A stretch of DNA of 61,150 bases, filler included, from Nemertoderma westbladi (lineage: Eukaryota; Animalia; Xenacoelomorpha), in NCBI GenBank assembly GCA_032718475.1. It is 3 parts of 3 records of this genome, joined end to end, with 100 filler letters (N's around TTAATTAATTAA, not from the genome) between each part and the next. Parts side by side here need not be neighbours in the genome. Positions count along the whole stretch, not along the records: positions 1 to 19,663 come from JAUCBJ010008419.1; positions 19,764 to 38,830 come from JAUCBJ010004246.1; 1 more part is not named here. One strand, 5' to 3'. This document shows, in pieces, positions 12,461-24,743 of this stretch. Position 1 is the stretch's first letter; the number at the start of each line of letters is the position of its first letter. Both the position numbers and the translations under genes were made by a program. A model generated the notes under the pieces. It did not search any database. It was not told where the DNA came from and was given only the letters and a program-made list of their open reading frames with translations.

Positions 12461-13913
12461 CTACTAGGATCGGCATGCTGCATTGCAGCTGCATTTTTAA
12501 GAATGCTGTGCCGGCTTGTCAACAAAATTGCACCGCCACAACTCCCTATCACCCATGACATTTGCTAGATCATCCGCATCTTCAAGGCCAGTGTCCTTTA
12601 AGATGCGTCTCAAGAAAGTCATGGGCTGTCCACCATACTTATTCACTCCATGAGGCTGCCAAAGTACAAGATTATGCACTGGCTGGTCCTCACGGCGAAA
12701 GCAATGTCCTGCAAAGCGGAGGCGATTTTGTTCTAGTGTCAAGCTTGGGGGAACCAATGAGACACCTCCAATGTTATATAGTGTCTGGTTGGAGATGTGT
12801 GAATTGTACTTGACACAATGAACCCGGCGTACCATTCTTGTGAATGTGCCATCCAGAGATTTGGTGTCCTCAGCAGTTAGAGCCCAGCATGTACTCCCGT
12901 AGAGGAGTACTGGAACTACTGCTGCTCTAAATAATCGGACCTTAAGTTTCCGATTAATTCTCGGTGACTTCCAAATCCTGGAAAGCCTATTCAGGGTTGC
13001 CCATGCCTTTCCCTTACGTATTCGAAGGTCCTCATCTGACTTCCGGATCCATGATCCCAGGTAACAGAAGTCGTCCACATGCTCAAGCATACCATCCTTT
13101 GAGCTTATGCTCATCCGATCAGAGACTTGCTGAGGACTTTCAAAGTTAACTGTCAAAATTTTGGTCTTTATGGAGTTAATAAAAAGACCAACACTAGAAG
13201 CAGCATGTTCTAATGAGCTGAGGAGCCGTTGGGCTCCCTCTAATGATTCTGAGAGTACTCCTAAGTCATCAGCATAGTCTAGATCAGTTAGGTACTTGGC
13301 AGGATTTCCTCGACTTCTGGATCCAGTAGGTGGAGTTATCATCACCCCATCATCATTATGATGATCTAAGGACATGCGTAGAACATAGTCAACCACAATA
13401 ATGAACAAGAATGGTGCAAGTGTGTCTCCTTGGAGGACGCCCCATAACACTTCAAATGGTTCTGTGTCACCGTCAACAGTAGACACAAATGTTGTCGAAC
13501 CATCGTATACTGATCTTATTGCTGCAATAATTTCATCAGGAATCCCATATAATGAAAGTATGCTGAACATACGTGAGCGAGAGACTGAATCAAAGGCCTT
13601 GAAGAAGTCAACAAAGATGTCTTTCTTTTTTGATAATTCTTCAATTATCCTTATAAGTGCAAGAATGGGCTCCATGGTCCTACGACCTTTACGGAACCCA
13701 TTCTGATTTCCACGGAGCAGTCTCTCAATGGGATCCCTGATGCGTTTTAATAGAATCCTATTGTATAGCTTTGCAGCAATTGAGATCAATGAGATTCCCC
13801 GAAAAGAACCATAGAGTGTTAGGTTGCCCTTCTTGGGAACTGGCACCAACTTATTTGTTTTCATTTCTTGTGGGACTCTTGTTGTTCGGTACATGTCTAC
13901 TATGATGGGATAG
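12461..13913 (-). mobile_element. 5'-truncated RTE-type LINE with intact RT ORF (12497-13894)
   Basis: RT motifs FRGISL, QNGFR, FVDFFKAFDSV, GVLQGDTLAPFLF, YADD, YLGS, LLYGS, RLRFAGHC. 12-bp TSD TTAAAAAAAGTA at 12449-12460 and 13914-13925; short TAG-repeat tail. Confidence 0.92.
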
Positions 13914-15189
13914 TTAAAAAAAGTAATATAAGCCTAAATTAAATTTCCTCCAGTTCAATTTAAAAAAACTGCTCCCAATTGGAACACTGGGAGATAGAAG
14001 GTTAATGTTTTGTTTCTAAACCCACTAAACACATGTTTGGTGTATGCGGTCTTGTCATTTTGGTTATTACCTCAGTGATAACGATATTATTATTGAATAT
14101 CTTTCTTCTATGGTTATGGTGTCATGGTCTCGTGAATAGGGGCATTCAGTGGCGTAGCTGATGTTTGTGGCAGGGGGGGGGGGGGGGGGTGGGGGGCTCC
14201 TCGATTTTGCCCCCCCCCCCCCCACCCCCCACCTCCCCTTAGAAAAATAATAAATTAATTGAACTTTTTGTGTGACTATTTTCTAGGCTACACAGTACAG
14301 TATGTTTGACAGAGTACATCATAATCATAATGGCACAGCCCGCGCTTTGGCATGAGCGAATGAATTTATAACCACCAACAGAGAAGACACTTTAATAATT
14401 TTTTTCTATTTTTTCGAATTTTTTTATTTTTTTTATCCTCATCCTGGGGTTGACCTGCGTCGATTGATATAACTTTCATTGACGGACGAACTATGGCTTC
14501 GGAGGAGTTAACCCGATATACATGCATGCATACATACATACTGTACATAGTGAATACTTTTACAGTAAGAAATCCTAACGGTCTTCTAATATGTTAAAAC
14601 ATAGCAAAGCAACATCGCTATTGTCAGCCAGGAACAATAAGTAGCCTATAAGCTGGTTGTATGTAATGGCAAAAATTTGTGTTAGGGAATTAATTAAACC
14701 GTTTATTGATATAGAATGTATTGAAGGTATTTATTAAAAAGTTGTCAACTATTTTACATTAATTTTCAAATGGGAGCGACCAAGTTTGAAAATATATTGT
14801 TCATTAACCGCGATTTTGGCGCCCCCCTGACGCCAACAGGGCCCCCCCCCCCCATTTGGTTGGCTTATCATATAAATGTCCCCCCTGTTAAACTCGGTAC
14901 CTAGAGATTCCAAGTCCCACGCTCTACCTAAGTGATCCACTCCGCGCCCTATGAAGACTTAAAACCAAAACGCAAGTGGAAATTAACAACAACTACAACA
15001 ACGGAATGAATTCTCGATTTGCGGACCTAAAAACTAACATATCGTTTTTTCAGTGCAGTCATTATTCTTAATGACATTAATCGCTGCCTTGCAGATTAAC
15101 TGAAGGGTAAATTTAATGCACACGTACTGGTACGACAGGACCTCACCGGTATAAATAGGCAATAGGCACTTTTCACATTTTGGGTTTTT

Positions 15190-15840
15190 TATTTCATGTG
15201 ATGCCGAATTTAATGGGGAGTTTCAATCGTAAAACGGTTTGACGAGATCTTTTTTAGTTCTCGAGATATCTCTGTCTTTCCGTCAATCAGTTTGTCCATC
15301 AAAATTTTTGAAGACGGGCAGACATACAAACTGCCAGACAGACATTTTAAATACCACCAAAAATTTAAAACTGGCATCAGAAATGAAATCACCGACCCCG
15401 AAAACCCCCATATTGCTGTATTGATAATTTTAGTGAGTTGGTATGAAGCCATAGTGTCAAACATTACTGACCGATTAACCGACTACAGACAGTCAGGTTT
15501 GAGCGGGAAGGTTCAAACTTTAAAGCAAATTATCTCGGAATTACATTTCACGATATTTCCATTTTTTAAAATACTACTCCTCTGCCGTTTTTCACCCAAA
15601 TTCGATAATTTATGGCTCGTCTGAAAGGTTTTTTGAAAATATTATAGAACATTTTAATTAATTTTATTAATTTTAATTAATTCATTTAATTAATTTACTT
15701 AAATATTAATAATTTTAAAATCGGCTGGATAATTTTTCTAGATTCGAAGGTGCTGAGTCTAAAAAAGTTGGTTTCAAAATAATTGGAAAAATATTAAAGG
15801 ACTAGTAGGGTTTTTAGTTAAATATTTAATTCCGCCACTC
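15190..15840. repeat. Interspersed repeat of unknown class (Helitron/HINE-like appearance)
   Basis: Motif aaatgaaatcaccga.c.c.aaaa and cagacagac tracts recur at ~51780-52030. Related motifs at ~42820-43300. Confidence 0.35.
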
Positions 15841-15929
15841 GTCGCCAGAGGGACAGAAAAAATTTTCATTTTTGTTGCTATTTGGCCTTACCCACGTTGG
15901 CTGAACACCACATAACAGTGATATTGACC

Positions 15930-16160
15930 TACAACACGAAGTTAGAGCTGTTTAAAAAAAATCTCCTGAGCCCGCCACGAACGCCGCCAACCTCACTCCC
16001 CATGCTGTCCAGGTGACCGCAAGATAGTCGCCAAAAACCTGGTGGGACTAGGGTATATCTGAGGCTGAGGTACAAACTGTCCCTAAACTCTTCAGCGCTG
16101 AGATCCGTGTGGTCAATCACGGATGGTCGGGCGACGGGCGGTGAGTCATCCGCCAGTCTT
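15930..16160 (-). mobile_element. Possible fragment of a CRE-like non-LTR retrotransposon C-terminus
   Basis: Peptide TDLSAEEFRDSLYLSLRY..PPG resembles the 'LS..EFRDA..LRY' motif that I recall upstream of the RLE domain. Short match only. Confidence 0.35.
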
Positions 16161-16340
16161 GTAATTAAGTCTTGTTAATATTGAACAATATGGTCTGTCT
16201 GTATTATATTTTCAGGCAAACGTTGCATACTATATATCTTGATTTCGTTTATATTTGACAAAATTATTGATTTTTATTTTAGATTAAATCCAATAATTTG
16301 CATTATATTAATTATCTAAATTATTATTTACTTTTATTAG

Positions 16341-19300
16341 AACGATAACAATGGCGATCGTGCTGATGACAGTGATTCCGTGCAAAGCAGCAGCGGTGAT
16401 AGAGATAATGATGACTCAGATGAGTTATTTAGCGATACTGATCAACAGAAGAAGAAGAAATCTGGTGGGAAGAAGAAAAATAAAAAATCCACCGATGGTA
16501 GTGACAATAGTTCAGATGATGTTGACATTGGGAGTAAGAAAAAACTGCACCCACTGCTTCGGGCGCCTCTAAGTTTGGATTCAGACGATAGCAGTGATTT
16601 TCAATCAAAAAAGAAAAGTAAAAATAATTCCAATAAAGGCAAGCGGAGATCCCGAAGTAGTGATAGCGATTCCAGTTCGGATAGCGATGATAAACGTAAG
16701 TTGTTGAAAAACAAGAAAAATAAACGTCGACGTGTTAAATTAATGGATTCCGACGACGCCGATGAGACAGGAAAGAAATCGAAAAAGAGTAAGAATTCTA
16801 AAAAGAAATCGAAGGCTATTCAGGACGATTCGGACTCAGATGATAGTGATGCTGCCGGGAATACGCCGAAGGGTCGTAAAAACATTCGTAAGATTAAAGA
16901 CGATGTTGAGCAATCTACTCGAAATGCTGAGAAGATTGAACGAGATCGTAGGAAGAGGTTGGCCGAAAGGATAAACAATCACCAGACGGAGACCCACCAG
17001 GAGACTGTCTGCGAGGGAAGTCCGGTGAAGATTCCAGTTACTACCCGTCTCGTTCTGGATAAGTCAGAAAAAGACGACGACAATGTGGAAGTCTCCAAAT
17101 TGTTGTGTCGGAGTCTTAAACCTCATCAGGTGGACGGGATACAGTTCCTTTTCGACAACGCGTACGAATCAGTGGCTAAGTTCAAGGAGAATCCTGGGCA
17201 GGGAGGTGGGTGCATCCTCGCTCACTGTATGGGTCTGGGGAAGACACTGCAAGTGATCGCCTTTTTGTCTTCCGTAATGAACCACGAAGAGTTGGAGTGT
17301 CGTCGCGCCCTCGTTATCGCGCCCGTTAACACTCTCCTCAACTGGACCGACGAGTTCGAGAAGTGGCTGGATGAGGTGGAGGAAGACCTGCAAGTTTATG
17401 AGTTCTCCTCCCTGAAAACAAACGACGATCGCCTCCAGCTGCTGAAACAGTGGTATAAGGGAGGCGGTGTCTTCGTAATGGGTTACGATATGTATCGAAA
17501 TCTCAGCACCGGGGTTCATATAAAACAGAAAATGAAGAAAAAGAAATTCGCTGAGATCCTTGTTGAGCCCGGCCCTGATATAGTCATCTGCGATGAAGGC
17601 CACATGTTGAAGAACGAAGATGCGGCCATATCGAAAGCCCTGAAGGCTATCCACACTAAACGCCGGGTTATTCTAACCGGTACCCCTCTTCAAAATAACC
17701 TTAAGGAGTACCATTGCATGGTTCAATTTGTTAAACCGAACCTTTTAGGGAATAAAGTAGAATTTATGAACCGATTCGTCAACCCAATAACCAATGGCCA
17801 GCATGCTGATTCGAGTCGCATGGACGTTAAAATAATGAAGAAACGCGTTCACATTCTGTACGAAACATTGTCAGGTTGCGTCCAACGTAAAGATTACTCC
17901 GTGATAACTAAGTTCCTCCCTCCTAAATACGAGTATGTTATCTCGGTTCAGCTTACCCAGAAGCAAATCGAGTTGTACCAAGAGTACCTCAGGAGGAACA
18001 ATTACATGGATGCGGACACCATCAAAGGGAAACAGTTGTTTGCTGATTATCAGGTCCTGTCCAGGATCTGGACTCATCCTTGGGTCCTAAAGATGCAGGA
18101 AGAACGTGAGGAATTGAAAGAGGCGAGGGAGTTGGAAAGAATGGATGACTTTCTCGACGATGAAGAAGTAAATAGCTCATCGGATTCTTGTTCGTGGTCG
18201 GGTTCTGGTAGTGGGCGTAACCCCGAGGCCAGTGATAACGAGGTCGAAATCGTGAAGAAATGGAAGACGAGTACGCGCGGTGGTGTCTACAAGAATCCTG
18301 ACGTCGGCCGCGCTAAGAAACTCGCGGAAAAATCCCGAACTCCCAGCCCGCTCCCCCGGACCGAGTGGTACAAAGATCTAGTTAGTGACGACGACCAGTT
18401 TAACTACTCGCTCAGCGGTAAACTCGTTCTCCTTTCCCAGATACTCAGGATGAGCGAGGCCTTAGGAGAGAAAGTTTTGCTATTCAGTCAGAGTATTTTG
18501 GCGTTAAATCTTATCGAGGATATGTTGGACTCGTTCAATCGACGGAAGTCGACGCAGGTTGAGGAACAGGACGATCTGAACACGGGTTCTACTCGGTGGG
18601 TACCCAACGTGGATTACTACCGTATGGACGGGACGACGAGGCCGGCCGATCGGCACACATACGCCGACGCCTTCAACTCCTCGTCCAATAAACGCGGTCG
18701 TCTCTTCCTGATATCGACGCGAGCCGGCTCCCTTGGTATCAATCTGTGCGCCTCTAATCGGGTTATAATCTTCGACGCGTGTTGGAATCCCGCTCACGAT
18801 ATCCAGAGTATCTTTCGAGCGTACCGCTTCGGGCAATGCAAAGAGGTTTATGTTTACCGGTTTATCGCCAGTGGGACAATGGAAGAGAAGATTTACGACC
18901 GACAGGTCAGCAAACAATCACTCTCCAATCGCGTCATCGATGAGCAAATAATCGAGCGACACTTCATGTCTCACGAACTCAGGGAACTTTATGCGTTCAA
19001 ACCATCCAGCGAAGATGACGTGCGGGAGGTTCCCGCACTGCCGAAGGACGGTCTACTGGCTGAGATACTGAAAGAGTTCGGTAAATATATAGTGCGGTAT
19101 CACGAGCACGACTCATTGCTGGAGCGAGGACAGGAGGAGGGTTTAACGGCGGAGGACAAGAAAGCCGCGTGGGCGGAGTATGAAGCTGAGAAGGAGGGGA
19201 GACGTAACCAGAATGCGGTGCTGCATTCGTTGCCAGACAGCGTTGTGGACACGCTCATCTCGCAGTTCATTGCGACATTAAACGCAGCCCCAGCGGATAT

Positions 19301-19619
19301 CCCCACTATGTTGCAGTATCGGTTCCCTCAGTTCGTGCGGGACGCCACCGGTGTTCAGATTCACCCGAACCAGCTGTACACATCGGCGCCCTTCCAACGC
19401 GTATTGCGTAGTTATATTGCGCACAACGCTCGCCATAACACCGGCTTCAACCAGGGAATCAACTACATGGCCAACATTATCAACCAACACGTTCCGTCTT
19501 TTCAGGCTCCTCGTGTGGCTAACATGGGCACTGGGCCTTCGAATGCCCATGACGGCTCCATTGGGGCTGCCAGCGGTGACGGTCGGGCTAATCTAGCCAG
19601 TGTATTCCGAAATATGTGA
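16341..19619 (+). CDS. ATRX: ATRX exon 3 (SNF2 ATPase/helicase N- and C-domains and C-terminus)
   Basis: Acceptor cttttattAG at 16340, in frame (phase 0). Motifs GCILAHCMGLGKT, PGPDIVICDEGH, LTGTPLQNNLKEY, KFLPPKYEY, SRIWTHPW, LFLISTRAGSLGINL, QSIFRAYRFGQ typical of ATRX. Confidence 0.96.
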   Translation, partial: NDNNGDRADDSDSVQSSSGDRDNDDSDELFSDTDQQKKKKSGGKKKNKKSTDGSDNSSDDVDIGSKKKLHPLLRAPLSLDSDDSSDFQSKKKSKNNSNKGKRRSRSSDSDSSSDSDDKRKLLKNKKNKRRRVKLMDSDDADETGKKSKKSKNSKKKSKAIQDDSDSDDSDAAGNTPKGRKNIRKIKDDVEQSTRNAEKIERDRRKRLAERINNHQTETHQETVCEGSPVKIPVTTRLVLDKSEKDDDNVEVSKLLCRSLKPHQVDGIQFLFDNAYESVAKFKENPGQGGGCILAHCMGLGKTLQVIAFLSSVMNHEELECRRALVIAPVNTLLNWTDEFEKWLDEVEEDLQVYEFSSLKTNDDRLQLLKQWYKGGGVFVMGYDMYRNLSTGVHIKQKMKKKKFAEILVEPGPDIVICDEGHMLKNEDAAISKALKAIHTKRRVILTGTPLQNNLKEYHCMVQFVKPNLLGNKVEFMNRFVNPITNGQHADSSRMDVKIMKKRVHILYETLSGCVQRKDYSVITKFLPPKYEYVISVQLTQKQIELYQEYLRRNNYMDADTIKGKQLFADYQVLSRIWTHPWVLKMQEEREELKEARELERMDDFLDDEEVNSSSDSCSWSGSGSGRNPEASDNEVEIVKKWKTSTRGGVYKNPDVGRAKKLAEKSRTPSPLPRTEWYKDLVSDDDQFNYSLSGKLVLLSQILRMSEALGEKVLLFSQSILALNLIEDMLDSFNRRKSTQVEEQDDLNTGSTRWVPNVDYYRMDGTTRPADRHTYADAFNSSSNKRGRLFLISTRAGSLGINLCASNRVIIFDACWNPAHDIQSIFRAYRFGQCKEVYVYRFIASGTMEEKIYDRQVSKQSLSNRVIDEQIIERHFMSHELRELYAFKPSSEDDVREVPALPKDGLLAEILKEFGKYIVRYHEHDSLLERGQEEGLTAEDKKAAWAEYEAEKEGRRNQNAVLHSLPDSVVDTLISQFIATLNAAPADIPTMLQYRFPQFVRDATGVQIHPNQLYTSAPFQRVLRSYIAHNARHNTGFNQGINYMANIINQHVPSFQAPRVANMGTGPSNAHDGSIGAASGDGRANLASVFRNM

Positions 19620-19663
19620 ATATAATTATAATTAAGGGTTGTATTTTTGGATGGTTTGAATTT

Positions 19664-19763
19664 NNNNNNNNNNNNNNNNNNNNNNNNNNNNNNNNNNNNN
19701 NNNNNNNTTAATTAATTAANNNNNNNNNNNNNNNNNNNNNNNNNNNNNNNNNNNNNNNNNNNN
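19664..19763. other. Scaffold gap with TTAATTAATTAA linker
   Basis: 44 N + TTAATTAATTAA + 44 N; identical layout at 38831-38930. Confidence 0.95.
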
Positions 19764-20299
19764 ATATTTTAATATATTTATATAATTTAAATAATTTATT
19801 ATAATGTGTTTAATTGTTGCGTGATTTATACATATCATAATATAAGGTTCATTGGAATTATAAATGTGAATATTATAATTATTACATTTATTTATTTTCA
19901 TTTTCCCTCATAATCGAGGAGTATAAATACGTTGTTTGTTTTATTTTTTATTTGAAATAACAAAGAAAACGGCAACCTAATAAAACTCGAAACAACAGCA
20001 AGGATTCCTACTCGCTTCTGACGCACATGAAGAATAGCGGAGCCCTGAAGTATAATTGATTATCTTCCTGAAATAAATCTTTCCTCCAGAAAAAAAAAAC
20101 GAAAGAAAGCAGCCCATTGAAAGGCGCAAACAATTAATATTTCTTAAAAGTAACAGTCAGGTAAGAGAAATTAAATGTAGTTGAATTCAATTGACGGTGG
20201 GGGGGGGGGGGGGGGTGTACTAATATTCCATAGCAGCAACAAGGCTGGATGCCTTCTCCAGGGCCCGAAGTGGGTTGTGATTGGCCGTCTATATTTAGC
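19764..20299. repeat. ~540-bp direct repeat, copy 1 (left end hidden in gap)
   Basis: Nearly identical to 24744-25282, with a few substitutions and homopolymer differences. Confidence 0.92.
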
Positions 20300-20669
20300 A
20301 TGTTAAAGAGTGTGCTGATCGACATGCGATGTGATATTCGGCGGATCCAACGAAGTGAACGAAGTTTTATTAACAACGTTTGAACGGAACCGCTTATGTA
20401 CCGCCATGGGTAGTATAATAATAGTATTAATGTAATAAATGTATAATAATAATAATATAACATAATTGAAATAACTCAAGACTAAATTATAAACTATAGG
20501 CCTGTCATGCTTTACATGGGCTGCAGACCATTACCACTTATGATATTAATTAACCCAGGTAATATTACTACAATGTCATGAGTAAAGTGTTCTTTACTAT
20601 TGGTGAGTAATAAAACGTTAATAAATACCATAAGTAGCAGCGCATTTAACCTACAGTACAAACAGCATG

Positions 20670-21350
20670 CAGACAGACAAAGATACAGACAGACAAAGAT
20701 ACAGACAGACAAAGATACAGACAGAGAAAGATACAGACAGACAAAGATACAGACAGAGAAAGATACAGACAGACAAAGATACAGACAGACAAAGATACAG
20801 ACAGACAAAGATACAGACAGAGAAAGATACAGACAGAGAAAGATACAGACAGCAAATATACTGACAGACAAAGATACAGACAGACAAAGATACAGACAGA
20901 GAAAGATTCAAACAGACAAAGATACAGACAGAGAAAGATACAGACAGACAAAGATACAGACAGAGAAAGATACAGACAGACAAAGATACAGACAGACAAA
21001 GATACAGACAGACAAAGATACAGACAGAGAAAGATACAGACAGCAAATATACAGACAGACAAAGATACAGACAGACAAAGATATAGACAGAGAAAGATTC
21101 AGACAGACAAAGATACAGACAGAGAAAGATACAGACAGAGAAAGATACAGACAGACAAAGATACAGACAGAGAAAGATACAGACAGAGAAAGATACAGAC
21201 AGCAAATATACAGACAGACAAAGATACAGACAGACAAATATACAGACAGACAAACATATAGACAGACAAAGATACAGACAGACAAACATATAGACAGACA
21301 AAGATACAGACAGACAAACATATAGACAGACAAAGATACAGACATACAAA
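20670..21350. repeat. GACA/GATA-derived 16-bp satellite (AGACAGACAAAGATAC)n
   Basis: Direct reading; explains the cluster of SVSLSVCIFVCLYL-type ORFs. Confidence 0.95.
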
Positions 21351-21603
21351 CAAACAGATGCAAACAGTAAGTAACAAACATTATATATTTTTTTATATTT
21401 TTTTTTAGTACAGTATATATTTTTATTTTTTATTATACCTAGCAATCAATATATATAATTAATTCTTTACCCCTGGGCGCGCAATGCTCGACCCAGGGGG
21501 TAAGGTGTAACTATACAGTAACTACTTAATATACACACAACACCCCCCCCCCCTACACACACTACTCACACCCATACAGACAGCTACTCACCTTATACCT
21601 ACA

Positions 21604-23989
21604 CTATTCCATCTTTCTCAGTTTTGTTCCCTTCGGGTTTCCCGGTGTTTTCTTACCTGCCAGCTCCCTTTCAATCCTCCTCCGTTCTTTCTCTACCTCC
21701 TGTTCCGCCTTCTTCTGCCTACAGTCTTCCATCACCGTCTGGTGGTGCACCGTTTTCTGAAACTCAGAAAATGTCATGGTTACGGGTGTTCCATACAAGT
21801 TATACTGAACTTTTTAGGGCAGTACAAATAACCTGGTTCTCCACGCTTGTAGTGACGCGCATGTAGGTTCATCTCGGTACCATCATCCCGAACCGCACTG
21901 ATCAGTTGGGTGCAGTGGGTACACCGTCGACCTTCCGTGTTGGTTCCTAGTCCACGCTTCCTGGAAATAATTGACACAGGCGGCACAGCAATTGATTTCA
22001 CAGGTGCTGGTGCCAATACAGGAACTTTCCTTTCTGTATATGGACACACTGGCGGTTTTACCTGTGCTGATGGGCCGACAACCTGGGCCAAGGCCTCACC
22101 CAACATGGTGCCTGTGATCTGAGCAGGCTCGGTTAGGTCTATATCCAACCTTCTCAGCTCCTCCGTGGCCTCTGGGGTAGGGTTAACCACCTCAATCTGC
22201 CTCCTCTCCCGTTTTCTTTGGTTATCGTACGGTTTTATTACATCAACTAAGGTGGTCTTCAGTTGTGAATAACGGTAATCACCACCTTCCTTAGGCATTA
22301 CCTCAGCCTTATACTTACCAAGTATATTCCTATACCTCTTACCCTCATCTCCTACCTCTTGGAGCCACGCATCAATCCATACAAATACTCGCGCTGTGTA
22401 CTGTACTCAGTCACCAACATATCCGCAAGGAAGTTCTCACCAACATCCACACCGTGCCAGCCCTTGGCGTTGCCATAGCTACCAAAGGGTTGACTAACGG
22501 CACCAACATCCAACCCAAACGACACATCCAACATACCCTTGGCCTCACCACGTACTTGTTCCAAGTGGAGCAAGTATTGTAGGTTGGCCCGCTCATACCT
22601 ACACTGCAACATCTCACTCACCTGCTGGGACATATCATGCGCACTTCTACCTGACCTACGCATCTCGTCCATCACCGTCTTGCACACACCCTTTCTATAC
22701 GTGAACACTGCAGGGAACATATTCTGCACACGCTGAGGCAACTTACTCAAGTACCGCGGGTCAGAACTCACCCATGATTGCGCTTGCACACCGCACGTCC
22801 CACCCTGGCACCTCAACTCAGATGCAAATATATAATATTGCCCTGTGTTTGGCATGCCAGGGCTGCCACCACCCGTACCTACCACAACACGTGGCCTACC
22901 TAACCTACGCTTCACTGCCACTCCAGTATCACACCGCAAACACGGTAGACCTTTCACACCCACTAACCCTTTCATTATGGTCTCAGGAGCCCATACAAAC
23001 ATCGGGTGTATACAGTAAGACTCCGGTCTCGGCAACGCTTGTGGCACCCTCGGCTGCAGTTCACCCGGAGGTGGCGAACGCCACAGTGACTCACCTTCCC
23101 ATCTCGATGGGGAATTGTACTCCCTAGTACCAGGTACCAGCCCCAACTTGGTCAACTCTTTCAACATCCACTCTGACTGAGCCGGGCTCACTGTCTGACT
23201 CCAATTATACTCACCACCATCTTCATCAACCTCAGGCTCCACAATACCACTCACCCTCTCATCGCGCATATACGAACTCTCACTCTCACTCACTCCCACC
23301 ATACCAGGAATTTTCAAACCCAACATCGCCTGTTCAAGTGGATCATCCATTGGCATACTCACACTGGAGGACGAAGGCTGACTCTCGCTGGTAGGCTGGA
23401 GAGATTCCAGATAGCTCTTCAATTTGTCCATTGCAGTCCCCTTCCGTACGTCTTTCTTTGCCAGCAGTGTCTTCCTGTACTTTCCGTGCTCCGATTTCGT
23501 CGCCACATCTCTGTAGGTCACCGCCTTTAACTTACCGTAGCCAACCAGGTTCATACCTTCGTCCTTCTGGAATTCCGCTTGCTGCCTCGCTAACTCACGT
23601 TTACCTTCACCTTCACACATCTCCTTCACAACCTCGAACATACACGCATATTCAACCAACTTCTGCGCCCACTCCTGCTTGTCGTTACTCACAGCAAAGA
23701 ATTTCACGTACCCCATATCATTTTCCAATATCCACTTGAACGTATGACCTTTGTACTGCCCAATCTGCATATTGTACTTTCCCAACACATTCATTTCATC
23801 CGTAACATCGCCACCTAACAATCGCACACGACTCACCGCACTCTCACGTTCCTCATCCATACTCCTAAGTACCTGGCTAGATTTGCCAGATTTACGTAAG
23901 GTCTTTGCTGCTACAGCAAGGTGAGTAGCGCTCAGCAAAAGCTCACCAGAGTCTGTAAATCGCAGTTTCGGCCTAATTAGGCGAGACAT
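21604..23989 (-). mobile_element. Internally deleted, frameshifted DUF6729-like putative DNA transposase gene (ORFs 22352-23989, 21780-22298, 21604-21798)
   Basis: Motifs QIGQYKGHTFKWILENDMGY, PMFVWAPE, FPAVFTYRKGVCKTVMDEMRR, RYERANLQYL and C-terminal CxxC...YLYC resemble, from memory, a multicopy DUF6729-containing family annotated as uncharacterised in fish genomes. Intronless and compositionally distinct from the flanks. Confidence 0.6.
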
Positions 23990-24743
23990 AATGTAATAGA
24001 CCTAAGTTATAGCCTATGTATCCAAGTAATCAGGTAGGCCTAATCCTATAAATTACAGTAAATTAATATTTTAAAATAAATGTGATACAACTTTACCTTT
24101 AACTAAACGTTTACCAAACCTGTAATCTTCTTATAATATCCAATGTAATCTTTGTGAGCAATGTAATCTTTTGTAGCAAATAATTCAATAGCCAATATCG
24201 CGCACCTAATTTCACCGGTAAATTACATAAGTAATAAACCAATAATGATTTTAAGGCTGTCGATTTCGAACCAATATTGGTTACAAACCTTCCCGCCTGG
24301 TTCCATTTCCTTGTGTTTCCAAGACTCCAGCCAATCAACGGCTGCTCCCTCAAACAAACGTTTTAGATTAGGCTAACCCTTCTTGGCTATTCAATACATT
24401 TGATTGGATATGACAACCACAGCCCTACCTGTTACTTTTCCAAGAAAACCTTTCCCCCGGGTTGTACTAGCTGCGATTCATGCACGCACAGCCTAAAGAT
24501 AAAGGTGACGTTATCTTACAGGTTCATTAGAATGACGTTGGAGGGACGACGAATACAGTTCGTGTAGAGACAGATAGGTGGCGTTGGTCTACGATACAAT
24601 ACCGGTATGGAACCTGGTAAACTAGTGGCGTGGGACGACGTAACAATATGGAACCTGGTAAACTAGTTGACAAAGAATTCTAATAATATGAACGATATTA
24701 AAAATATCTTAATAATTATAATAAATTAAAATATAATTTATAT

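Larger units (their letters stand above)
10809..14001. mobile_element. piggyBac-like non-autonomous element carrying a minisatellite and a nested LINE
   Basis: TTAA|CCTTCTATTTCCCA ... TGGGAGATAGAAGG|TTAA (TIR 13/14, TTAA on both sides). Repeated internal TCCCA(A/T)(A/T)TGGGA(A/C) palindromic motifs. Confidence 0.75.

Noticed and set aside
17169-19550. Antisense ORFs overlapping ATRX (also 5833-6285, 8975-9349)
   Set aside because: Shadow frames of a GC-richer coding exon; no recognisable motifs.
19708-19719. TTAATTAATTAA island inside N runs (also 38875-38886)
   Set aside because: Identical symmetric placement in both 100-bp gaps and stops in all six frames indicate an artificial linker. 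The 'LIN*' end of the 36844 ORF is therefore not real.
20512-21445. Cluster of 65-264 aa ORFs
   Set aside because: Translations of the GACA/GATA satellite.
21439-21503. Helitron 3' end (hairpin plus CTAG)
   Set aside because: CTAG lies about 25 bp from the hairpin and no Rep/helicase or matching 5' end was found.
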